From the NCBI GenBank assembly GCA_016748015.1, contig JAAOMT010000786.1, positions 437,814 to 501,813 on the forward strand: DNA of 64,000 bases, given 5' to 3'. The notes under the pieces were generated by a model. It was not told the DNA's origin. It did not search any database and was given only the letters and a program-made list of their open reading frames with translations. Shown here one piece after another: positions 1-10,612 of the stretch. Both the position numbers and the translations under genes were made by a program. Within the stretch, counting starts at the first letter, position 1. The number at the start of each line of letters is the position of its first letter. This stretch comes from Geosiphon pyriformis uo1. Lineage: Eukaryota > Fungi > Glomeromycota.

Positions 1-123
1 CAAGAAACTCGTGATCAAGAGGAAGAACCGGATATAAGGGAAGCCACCTTTAGGAATGCTCAAGGAAATATCATCCCACCTCCTCTTAGACCAATAAACC
101 CACCAGCAGAAAACAGCAACGAA

Positions 124-3100
124 ATGACCACACCATACATTGCAAGACTAACAGATTTCTCAGGAGAGGAAGAAAAAACGGACGTGCACACATGGCTCAG
201 AGAAGCACAAAAAGCCATCCAGGCAAATAACTGGAACGACCAAAGAGCAATTCAAACATTACCTTTCTTCCTGAAAGGCACAGCCGACTCGTGGTATCAA
301 AGCCTGGAAACAAAACCCACGAGCTTCGCCGAATTTAAAAATGCACTCCTGAAGTATTTTAGCGACCCAAACGCCGTAATCCAACTACAGAACGAATTCA
401 ATACTATCAAGCAAAATACTGGTGAAACTGTCACCCAATACCTTGCTCGATTCAATCAAATTCGCCGTCAGATTGAAGCGATTGAACAAGGATACTACAC
501 TGATCCTCAGGTTTTAAATCAGTTTATTAGAGGATTAAAAAGCAGCATTTTAGGAAGAGTACGCCCTGCCCACCCTAATTCCTTACCAGAAGCCGTTACG
601 CTCACCAGAGCCCTTGAATCGGCTGAGAAAGAAGCTAACCATAGTCAAATGGTTAACATGATAATGGAGAAAAATAAGACAGAAACATTAGAGAAAAGAG
701 TAATGCAATTAGGAAAGGAACTCTCTAAGAAAATAGAAAGTTACCTCATCCCAGATCCGAGAAAAAATACATACCAACCACCCCAAAGACGCAGCCAGGA
801 AGTCAGCGACAGTCGAAATAATCACCCGTCGTGCCAGGAATTCAGAACAGAAACACGCGCCTGCCATTTTTGCAAATGCGTAGGACATTTGATTAGTCAA
901 TGTCGAACGCGAATGATACAGGAAGCACGCGAAAATAATTACTACGCGCCACCCCAAATGCCCAGAAACCAGTACATGCCAATACCACGCCAATATCCCA
1001 CCACATATCAAAATCAAGGAGCTTACCAGCAACAGCCCATGATAGCCAACCCGAATTGGCGTCCCGAGGCCCGAAATCAGCCCATGTGGAACCAGAACGC
1101 GTTGGTCCAGAGGAATCCAAACCGCGCCAGTACCAATCAGCAAACCAATCCAAACTACCAAAATTATCAACAAACTTACCTTAATATACTGGAAAACCTG
1201 ATCATCGGAAACAATGACGGTAGAAACATAAACAGAACCAAGAATTCCTCCAAATTGAACCAGACAATACCACCAGCAGTTTCCACCGAAGATAGCAGCC
1301 TCGCAACTATTTTTCCTTTTGAATTAGAGGAAAACGAGGCTATGTTCAGTGGAGCAGCATTGGATGAAAAACACCCAATCACTGCTATGTATACGGAAGC
1401 CACTGTAAACAATACCCCAATCAAACTTATCTTAGACAGTGGATCCGCTAGAAGCATCGTAACACTTCAACTAGTAAACCAACTGGGTTTCAAAGTTGAT
1501 TGTGCCGCGACGTCCCAAATCATAACAGCTGATGGAAGTACAAAGCTGCCTTATGGCGAAATCGACTCATTCCCTTTCGAAATTAACGGCATAGTAATAC
1601 CTACAAAAGTATTAGTAATGGACGCTACACAATATCAAGCGTTAGTAGGGAATGACTGGCTAACAAAAGCCAACGTCACCCTAGACTGGACCACCCAAGA
1701 GCTTCTGATCAATTATAATGGCCACCAGGCCAAAATTCCAGCCACCTGTGGCCACTTCCAAAAACCCAGCACCAACCAAAGACCTACCTTTAAATTTGAG
1801 GAAAATCCAGCACTACCAGCCATCGAAACCTATCAGCTCTCTTGGGCTGATGACCAAAGAACAGGACTACCAGCCGTACCAACGTGGACCAGCGAAGAAA
1901 GATCCGAATGGAACCAGGTAAGTTCACGAAGAAACCACCAGCGACGCAGACCAAAGCTAGAATGCTCGGTTTGCAAGAAGAAACTCTCGTCTATGACTGC
2001 GTGCAGCACACCGGACGAAGACCCAAGAAACCCCACCCACTACTATTGTAACCATTGTAACAAAGAAAAATACGGTTACTCAGAAAGACACGGAAAATGG
2101 GACGAGGAACCGTGCCTCGCTTGTGGAGAACCATTACCAAGAGGGTGTGACTGGAACAACTTACCAGGCAGAGGAGGAATGTGTGACGCAACTTGCCAAT
2201 ACACGATCCTCATCTGTGACTGGGTAAGAGGAGGAATGCCGTTCGAAGCAGCGTTCAACAGAGCGTTAAAAAGACTACAGCACTACCCACACGACGAGGA
2301 CGAGTTGTACAACACCACACAAGCCAAAGTAAGAGGAGGAACTGCCGAAGAAATACGACGTTGGAAAGAGTCAGCCGAAGTAGCTGACAAAGTCGCCAGC
2401 TACAACATGTTTGACCCAGTGGACGAATTCCAGGACTACTACCAACAACTATGCCCCACTCGACAAGAGCAAGAACAATATTTCGCCCAAATCAACACTT
2501 ACCTCTGCGAAAACTGTCTTATCCCGTGCCAAAGTCAGTGCTGTGAAGAGTGTCAAGACGAAAGGGACTTAGAAAGAAAAATGGAAATTGAGAATCAGCA
2601 GTCTCAAAATCAATCAATAAATCAACAAGACTTACCTGACAGTCCCGAGTCAGAAAAATTTGTAGCCTATACCAACCTAGAACAAGTGACCGACATCCGA
2701 TACTTCGACAACGGGCACTTAAGAATAATACCTGAAAGAGCCCATTCAATCGACGCCGGATTCGATCTACGTTATCTGAAAGACCAATCCACAACGTTAC
2801 CACCCAGGAGCATCACCAAAATCGACCTAAAATTAGCGGTTGAAATTCCGCCAGGAATAATGGTTCAAATGGCGTCGCGATCAAGCCTCGCGAAAAAAGG
2901 AATAAGCGTTCAAGGAGGAGTAATTGACTCCAGATACACTGGAAATTTGATGGTTTTGCTACAGAACAATTCAGAAAAGCCTTATACCATTGAATCTAAG
3001 GAAAAGATTGTACAAGCAATTTTCCTACCATTGGTAAAAATTGGGAAATTTGTGCCAGTGGAAAATTGTGAGGAATTGTCACAAACAACGAGAGGAACTT

Positions 3101-3339
3101 TTGGTTTCGAATTGACAGGAAAAGGAATTGAAGCGAATTTCGCTGAAACAATAGAGGAAAAAGGCGAAGTAATTAAAAATGAGCGGTCCATCACGCTCCT
3201 ACCATATGGAAAATCAGAAATAAGAATAAAAAGGACAATTAAAGAAAAAGACCTAATATTTGAGCCCTACCCAGAAACTTGCCAACAGTTTCTCATAGGA
3301 CTTACTAACCTTTTTATTCCAGCTGATAAAGCTCAATAG
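124..3339 (+). CDS. Gag-protease-Cys-rich-dUTPase polyprotein of C1 (frame also open upstream of 124; stop at 3337-3339 probably a mutated Trp codon)
   Basis: Retrotransposon gag core (WLREAQKAI..LKGTADSWY..QNTGETVTQY), CCHC knuckle CHFCKCVGHLISQC, aspartic protease ILDSGS, several CxxC pairs, and dUTPase motifs AGFDL / SRSS / GVIDSRYTG / KIVQAI / RGTFGF. Confidence 0.9.
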   Translation: MTTPYIARLTDFSGEEEKTDVHTWLREAQKAIQANNWNDQRAIQTLPFFLKGTADSWYQSLETKPTSFAEFKNALLKYFSDPNAVIQLQNEFNTIKQNTGETVTQYLARFNQIRRQIEAIEQGYYTDPQVLNQFIRGLKSSILGRVRPAHPNSLPEAVTLTRALESAEKEANHSQMVNMIMEKNKTETLEKRVMQLGKELSKKIESYLIPDPRKNTYQPPQRRSQEVSDSRNNHPSCQEFRTETRACHFCKCVGHLISQCRTRMIQEARENNYYAPPQMPRNQYMPIPRQYPTTYQNQGAYQQQPMIANPNWRPEARNQPMWNQNALVQRNPNRASTNQQTNPNYQNYQQTYLNILENLIIGNNDGRNINRTKNSSKLNQTIPPAVSTEDSSLATIFPFELEENEAMFSGAALDEKHPITAMYTEATVNNTPIKLILDSGSARSIVTLQLVNQLGFKVDCAATSQIITADGSTKLPYGEIDSFPFEINGIVIPTKVLVMDATQYQALVGNDWLTKANVTLDWTTQELLINYNGHQAKIPATCGHFQKPSTNQRPTFKFEENPALPAIETYQLSWADDQRTGLPAVPTWTSEERSEWNQVSSRRNHQRRRPKLECSVCKKKLSSMTACSTPDEDPRNPTHYYCNHCNKEKYGYSERHGKWDEEPCLACGEPLPRGCDWNNLPGRGGMCDATCQYTILICDWVRGGMPFEAAFNRALKRLQHYPHDEDELYNTTQAKVRGGTAEEIRRWKESAEVADKVASYNMFDPVDEFQDYYQQLCPTRQEQEQYFAQINTYLCENCLIPCQSQCCEECQDERDLERKMEIENQQSQNQSINQQDLPDSPESEKFVAYTNLEQVTDIRYFDNGHLRIIPERAHSIDAGFDLRYLKDQSTTLPPRSITKIDLKLAVEIPPGIMVQMASRSSLAKKGISVQGGVIDSRYTGNLMVLLQNNSEKPYTIESKEKIVQAIFLPLVKIGKFVPVENCEELSQTTRGTFGFELTGKGIEANFAETIEEKGEVIKNERSITLLPYGKSEIRIKRTIKEKDLIFEPYPETCQQFLIGLTNLFIPADKAQ

Positions 3340-3593
3340 ATAAAAATTCTTATCGCAAACACCACAGAAGAACCCGTCTACATTCCAGAAGATACCATCA
3401 TTGGATACCTCGAAACGGAGCTAGAAAACGCGTCAACACCACAAGAAATTCTAAATTTCCCAGAAATCGCCCTCTACTGTGAACTCACTTCAACAAATTA
3501 ATAACACAGTATTGAACCACTATAGTAACTTAGAATTTAATGAAGAAATTAACTTCGATTTCGACGGAGCTCAATCTTGAAAGGAGGGGATAA

Positions 3594-4514
3594 TGTTACG
3601 GTTTAAGAATTTAGCAAAAAGAATCATAAAAATAATACAAACTATTCAATCATAATATAGCACAGTAATAATCTTAGAANNNNNNNNNNNNNNNNNNNNN
3701 NNNNNNNNNNNNNNNNNNNNNNNNNNNNNNNNNNNNNNNNNNNNNNNNNNNNNNNNNNNNNNNNNNNNNNNNNNNNNNNNNNNNNNNNNNNNNNNNNNNN
3801 NNNNNNNNNNNNNNNNNNNNNNNNNNNNNNNNNNNNNNNNNNNNNNNNNNNNNNNNNNNNNNNNNNNNNNNNNNNNNNNNNNNNNNNNNNNNNNNNNNNN
3901 NNNNNNNNNNNNNNNNNNNNNNNNNNNNNNNNNNNNNNNNNNNNNNNNNNNNNNNNNNNNNNNNNNNNNNNNNNNNNNNNNNNNNNNNNNNNNNNNNNNN
4001 NNNNNNNNNNNNNNNNNNNNNNNNNNNNNNNNNNNNNNNNNNNNNNNNNNNNNNNNNNNNNNNNNNNNNNNNNNNNNNNNNNNNNNNNNNNNNNNNNNNN
4101 NNNNNNNNNNNNNNNNNNNNNNNNNNNNNNNNNNNNNNNNNNNNNNNNNNNNNNNNNNNNNNNNNNNNNNNNNNNNNNNNNNNNNNNNNNNNNNNNNNNN
4201 NNNNNNNNNNNNNNNNNNNNACCATTAACATTCTGTGTTTCTAGATTAGAGAAACACATCAGGCAATTGCAAAGATAGCCTCAGAGAAGACCCCAGACAG
4301 TGGGTAAATTTCAGTTCAGCCTCTGAGAAGGAGTACATAAACACACACAACAATCAAGAATTAAAGAATAACTTACATCGCAACAGTAAAAAGAAAGCCT
4401 TCAGTGTAACAGTGATATTATCACACAAATAGAATTGAGGAACTCACGAAAGACTGATTGCAATTAAAGCGGGATATCAGCAATTAAATATAACAAGAAA
4501 ACCATCCCGTAACA
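3594..4514 (+). repeat. 3' LTR of C1 (spans N gap 3680-4220)
   Basis: Follows the PPT; termini TGTTACGG/CCGTAACA; length similar to the other LTRs. Continuity across the gap is inferred. Confidence 0.75.
3680..4220. other. Assembly gap
   Basis: Run of N. Confidence 1.
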
Positions 4515-7500
4515 GCATCAAATAATTCCTGTATTCATGAAGTTGGATAACTGTCTCCACGAGTTACACCATTGAGTTTCCTGTAGTCTACACAAAACTG
4601 GATTTTTCCATTTTTTTTTTGGATGAGTACTACTGGTGATGACCATGGACTCATTGATGGTTGAATTAGCCCATTGTCAAGCATTCTGTTTATTTCTTGA
4701 CAAATAATCTTGTGGCTGGCTGGCGGTACTCTGTATGCTCTTTGTTTAATTGGCATTGCATCTCCAGTCTTGATCTGATGCTGGATGATATCAGTTCGGC
4801 CAAACTCATTTTCGCTGGTAAAGATGTCATTGAAATTGTTGAGTAACATCTTGAGCTGCATACATTGGAGTGGATCTAAGTTTCCCATGTTTATTTGTTC
4901 CAATTGTTCTGGTTGGAGCAAATAACATTTGTCTTGTCCATAGATTGTTTGTGATGTGATGTCAACATATCCACAAAGTTGTGGAAAGTCTGGAATGGGG
5001 TTTGGTGGTTGGTTTTCTATTTCTGTGGTTAAATATCTGATGGTGATTCCTTCTGGTATGCTGATGACATTGCCAGTATTGTTGTAGATGGGAATTTTTA
5101 TGCTGCTATAGCTTTTGGTTAGTATGTGGAGATTGATCAATCCAATCTTTTCTGATTCACAAAGGGTTGCTTCCACTTCAAAAATCTGTTCTTGCTTCTT
5201 TTCCTTCCTTTCTATTGTTAATATGTACTGGCTATATGGTGGAATAGAAATAGCTTGACCAGTTGAGATAATTTCTCCTTGGCCAACAATTTTTTCCTCC
5301 GCCATATTAACTAGTACATCTGTTCTACCTATTAATCCAAATCTTTGTATCCCTTTTGCTGTTATTTTTAATTTCTCCCTTTTTCCCACTAACACTAAAT
5401 GAACTACTCTAATCAGAGACAGGAATATTGTCTGTGCTATCTTTTCATTGGGCTTTATTATATAAGTCTTTTCTGAGTCATTTTGTAGCATGATAATGAT
5501 ATTTCCTACATATCTCGTGTCAATTATTCCTCTTCTTATATTGATCTCTCTTTTTGCTAAGCTACTTCTAGATGCTAATTGAATCATTGTTATTGCTGGA
5601 ATCTCTAGTGCTATTTTCAAATCAATGCAGGTGCGTGAATGCAGTTCTAATTTGATGGCAACTTTTCCTGGATATCTTAGATCAAACTCTGCATCCATAT
5701 CATGCGCACGTTCTGGCATAATACCTTCCCTATTGTCACTATATCATTTCAACTCTTGTTCTTTGGAGAGATCTGGTAGTGCAATGTATTGTTTATAGTT
5801 TAAATTGGGTTTTGAATCTAAGTCTGAATTGTTTTCGTCATCATTGCCATTTTGAATGGAGCTAGAACTGTTGTTTCTGTCATCTTTGTTGGAGTCTGGA
5901 TTGCAATTGATCAGCGATTCTGATTCCGATGCACAGCTGCTGATTGGTTTTTCTTCTTCAGGGATCAAATAGATTATGCATGGTGGTGGATTGTAAATGA
6001 GGTCACAATTGTCACAATATTCGAAGTCACTGGGAATCAAATAATGGCAACACAGTTTTGTATTTAACTGTGTTAGCCATTGTTCTTGCTTTTTTCTAGT
6101 GGGTGCCAAGTTTTGGTAGTGTTCATGGAACTCTTCTGGTTCTAGAAAATTTATAACTGGCTCTGCATCCCAGTCAAGTTCGATGGATTCTGGTGGGTTG
6201 TTTTTAATTGTCTGGATTTCTTCTGGTGACACGCCTTCAATTTTGGCAGTTGCCATTCTCCAAATTTTGTCATCATCATGTGGACAACTGTCTAATTATC
6301 GCACTGCTCTTTGCCAAGTGGCTTTGATTGGTGTCTTCTTTTTAACCCAGTCGCTGATCAGAATCATGTATTGACACTCTACATCACATGTTCCTCCACA
6401 TCCGGGAATGTCATGCCACATTCCTTTGTCCAAGAGAGTCTCTTCACAAGCTAAGCATGGCTGATTGTCCTATTTCCCTACTTGTTTTGGTCTTTCAAAG
6501 CATTTAAAGATGCATGGGCAGCAATAGAACCTAGTTGCTGTTGAATATTCCTCATTGTCCCCACAGCATGCACCCATTGACGACAATTTCTTGCCACAAT
6601 CAATGCATATAAGCTTAGGTCGACAATAGATAGATCATTGTGGTATAGTGTAAGTGTTATAAACGGTGGTGGTTTGGGTGGTCTCTTCTTTTTTCCCTTT
6701 TCCTTTATTTTCTTTGTCCTCTTCCCATTCCCAGCTTGATGTTGGTTCACTCTTGTCATTGTCAGTCCATGTCAGGTCATCAGTTTCTCAGATAAGTTCT
6801 TCTTTTTGTTTCCCTTTTCCCTTGTTGCTGTCATCCCAGAAGAGTATTGGCAGTAGTTTGTTGTGCTCTTTGTCCGCCCATGACACTTGGTAGGCTTTTT
6901 TTTCTCCTCCTCCAGTTCGATCAATAGTTTCTCTCTTAGAGGAGTTTTAAAGTGACCACATGTGGCCGGAACACATATATGTTGGTCCTGATATGTTAGC
7001 TGGAGTTCCTGGGTGTTCCAGTCTAACGTTGCATTGACTTTGAATAGCCAGTCATTACCAATGAGAGCTTGGTATTGAGTGGCTTCCATTACTAGAACTT
7101 TAATGGGAGTCACGATGCCATTGACTTCAAAAGGAAAGTTGTCGATTTCACTGATTAGAGTTTTGGTCGCTCTATCGGCTGTGATGATTCTGGCGCTGGC
7201 AGCTTAATCAACTCGGTGACTTAATTGATCCATGAGTTGTCTTGTGATTATGCTGCCTGCAGAACCACTGTCTAGGATTAATTTGATGTCCTTCTACTTT
7301 GGTGTCAATATACATCATGGTGATTGGTTTGGCTTCAAGAACAGCTCCACTAAATAATGGCATTGTAGCTGTTTCCTCAAATTCGAATGGGAAGATAGTG
7401 GCCAATAACTTGTCTTCGGTGATGATAGCGGGTGGAATATTACTGGTGAGTGGTTGTTTTTGGGTAAATGCCAGGTTATTGGTTGAAGCATCTTCTGGGG

Positions 7501-9682
7501 TGACCAGGAGACTTAAATAGTTCTGGGAATTCGGGTTCTGGGGTTGACTGGTATCTGAATTCCGCTGGCGTAATCCAGATGATTGCTGTGAAGAACTGGG
7601 GATCGGTTGATGGACTACTATTACCAATCTCCAGCTCTGTTGAGTCATTCTTGGTCTTTGGGTTCTGTTAGGTGGTAAGCTTTGGGGCGGTGTTTGGATC
7701 TGTTGGGGTTGATAGATTATTTGTGGCTGTGGTTGATATATTACTTGTGGCTGCGGCTAATAAATCGGAGGTTGATATACTGGAGACAAATAGACTGATG
7801 ACTGTGTCACTGGTAAGTAAGCAGATGGGTTTTGATTTGGGTACTGATTCGGAGTTTGGAACTGGCAATCAGAGTTTCGATATTGATTTTCCAATTGTTG
7901 GTTATTTAAACGCTGGTGACAGTCAATTTGGATATGTCCTTGTTTACCACAATAGTGGCAGATACATGTTTCCTGTTGCCACTGTCGATTGGTTAATGGA
8001 GATGGACGTGGTTGATTTTGGGCATGATTAGAGTTTCCTTGATTATTGCATCATTGTGGAGGCTGATAAATGGTGTAATTGTCAGCTAAGTATCCTTCCA
8101 ATCTCTTATTGATTGATTCATTAAACTTCTCCAATTTGGAATCTAATTCAGATGATCCATTCATTACTAGATTAATGGCTTGGGTGTGGTTAGTCTTTGA
8201 CTTAGCGGATTCAAAATCTCTGGCGTGTGTGATTGGATCTTGAAGAGTGCCTGGATGCAATAGACATACATGTTGCAAGATGCTGCTGCACAGGCCATGG
8301 ATAAACTGATTGAGTATCTGTGGTGCTGTGAAATAGTTGGCGTCAATTGCTTGAATTTGGCATAGGTTTCGATAGAAGCGTCTCAGGTAAGTGGTGACTG
8401 CTTCAGTTTCTTCTTGTTTCATGGTGGTAAATGCATTGACTAAGCGATTGATGCTGTTATTGTTGCTGAAGTATCTTAGGAATTCCATTTTGAAGGCATT
8501 AAAATCTTGTGGTTTATTAATCAAGCTCTGGTACCATGAATCGGCAGTATCTTTGAGAAAGTAGGGAATGGCTTGCATTGCTCAAGCGTTATTCCATTTA
8601 TTGGCTGTGATGGCCTTTTCTATATCATTTAGCCATATTTGAGTGTTATCCTCTTCACCCATAAGGTTGTCAAGTTTTGCAATTGGTACATAGGCCATTG
8701 GATCTAAGTTAGGTGGTTATGGTGGCTGTTAAAGCAGTTGTTGTTGTCCTGGCTGTTGGGGTGGTAATTGAAGTGGCTGCTGTATGGGTTTGACTATGGG
8801 ATTAATCGGCAGTTGATTGATAATGATTATTAGAGGTAAGTTTTGCTGATTAATTAATTTGGGTTTTTGATTTCTTTGATTTAGCGGCGTTCAAATATTC
8901 AGAGTTTCGATTTCTGGATTTTCTAACTGTTGCTGAATTTGAAGGTTCAGGGTTTCAACTTCTGGGTTTTCAGTAATCAGGTGCTGGTAAGTAAATTCTT
9001 GATCCTCTGATTCTTCTTCCTCCTTTTTTGATTCCACTGCTTCCCATGGATCAGAGATTCCAAAATCTGGTGGAGGTGGTAGTGATCAAAGTCTTGATGG
9101 GGTTGATAATCGCGAATTAAATCTCTCAAAGTATTCGCTGTATGGTTCTAACAATTCTGTTTTTCTTTGTCTACTTTGGAATGAGAATCATCCAAATGCT
9201 GATGTCACAGTTGATGGGAATGCGTTTGTTGATAATATGTTGATGGTGTTTCCAGGTGTATAGTGGTAGGATGGGTTGCTTGGGGATTCAACTCTGTTTT
9301 TTTTCCAAGCAGGTGGCTGTATTTTTCTGGGTGTTACTGCTGGTATTTGTAATTTTCCCTTGCCTTTACTAGCGTATGTAATTGAATATCTTTGTTGAGT
9401 GTGGTGTTCAATTTTTTTGTTGATGTCAGTGATAATGGATGCAAAATTATAGTTTGTTGGTAGGTTGGTGTTTTGAATTAATTCCTTATAAAAAGTTTCT
9501 CTTGCTAATTCAGTATTCACTGGTGTTCCTAATAAAAAAGAAATCTTTTCATTGACATAAAAATTGAAGACTGATTCGGCAGATATATGATTGTGGTTTA
9601 ATCCCAAGTATTGACAATAGTGTTGAAATAAGGATTTTGCGAATCCTAAATGATTTGCTTCTATAATTTCTGATTTTGCCAC
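4515..9682 (-). pseudogene. A1 gag-pol pseudogene (N-terminal helical domain, gag, PR, Cys-rich, dUTPase, RT N-term)
   Basis: ORF fragments 9188-9682, 8051-8578, 6772-7113, 5744-6256 and 4535-5719 are collinear and homologous to the C1 ORF. Confidence 0.9.
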
Positions 9683-9744
9683 TTTTGGTTTGGTGTTGTC
9701 AGTGCTGGTTCTCTGTAAGATTATACCTCACAAAGAGCACCAAA

Positions 9745-10612
9745 TGTTATAGGTGATTATTTCTGTTGTGGAATTGAATAACAAACTTGTAACTTGGTGC
9801 TCAAAAGCTACTTTCGTAAATAATATGCAGAAAATATAATATCTGAAAGTTTTGGTTGATCTGAAGGTTTTGTTGTGGAGTTCTTTGTATAATGAACAGA
9901 GATTCAATAAGGTTGATAGTAGTTGTATCCTCAAGTGGTTTTCCCAATTTTTTTCTTAGCGTGGTGGCTGGATTTAGTCTGGCAGTCATGCCCTTCTAGT
10001 AAGCTATCCAATAATATATATAAAATCCTACCCTTATTTCTGGGTCTTTTACCAGGCTATCCTTAACATCAATAACTCAGTGCTTAATCTTTTAATCAAT
10101 TAGTATACAATAACAAAATCAAAGAAAGAAAGGAAATAAAATAAAGAAAATAAGCCAAGGCAATTTGGTCTGTTAGTATTTCATCAATAGCCATGATCAA
10201 GAGCTATTGTTCCAGTGTGGTTAAGTAGCAATTACTATCAACATGAAGTGTTGATAGTGAATAGTGAATTGAGATATGGAATAATTATTTATTTGATGAT
10301 TGGGTTCTTGGCTAAGAATTCTGTGATATCGATTCTGTCTTTTCTGTTTCTAACACTACTGCTATATATACATAATTGGGATTCCTCAATTCCTCGATTC
10401 TTCACGACAGGAATCCTGGAATTCCTGGAATCCTGCGATTCCTTTGAGAGGAATCTTGGAATTCTGGAATCCTGCAATTCCTCGTTGGGAATCCTGAAAT
10501 TCCTAGAATCCTGCAATTCCTAAGAGGAATCCTGGAATTCTACATTTACTACACTTACTTCTGATTGGCTAATAATTATGCTAATATATTTCCTATATTT
10601 TTATGAGTAACA
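9745..10612 (-). repeat. 5' LTR of A1 (family A LTR, ~870 bp)
   Basis: Minus strand TGTTACTC...ATAACA followed by TT-TGGTGCTC PBS. CCAAT box, GGAATTCC/GGAATCC array, TATATATA. Closely similar to 43884-44745. Confidence 0.92.

Larger units (their letters stand above)
1..4514 (+). mobile_element. Ty3/Gypsy LTR retrotransposon copy C1 (family C), internally deleted (no RT/RH/IN); 5' part outside window; nested in the RT of copy A1
   Basis: Gag-PR-dUTPase ORF, then PPT GAAAGGAGGGGA (~3579-3590). LTR starts TGTTACGG (3594) and ends CCGTAACA (4514), a perfect 8-bp inverted pair. Position 4515 onward is the interrupted RT of a minus-strand element. Confidence 0.85.
4515..10612 (-). mobile_element. 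Ty3/Gypsy copy A1 (family A), degenerate, interrupted within RT by C1
   Basis: 5' LTR 9745-10612 and PBS. Fragments of gag (8051-8700), protease (~6770-7290), Cys-rich region (~6000-6620), dUTPase (~5325-5745) and RT N-terminus (IKQRAYRVPP..SPWSSPVV..FCVDYRKLN..YPT). Many TGA/TAA stops. Confidence 0.92.

Noticed and set aside
3642-4259. ORFs spanning N gaps (3642-4259, 3674-4231, 57588-58601, 57620-58654) and the apparent 834-aa length of 56178-58682
   Set aside because: Artefacts of translating through N runs
7668-8031. Antisense and alternative-frame ORFs over the Q/P/N-rich gag-PR linker (also 16436-16834, 41718-42173, 709-1173)
   Set aside because: Shadow ORFs of low-complexity coding sequence; no motifs or independent conservation
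10215-10523. ORFs in family A LTR repeats (LEFLESC / QDSRNFR repeats; also 44382-44697), or a CRISPR-like array
   Set aside because: Translation of a U3 tandem palindromic motif; no unique spacers, eukaryotic context
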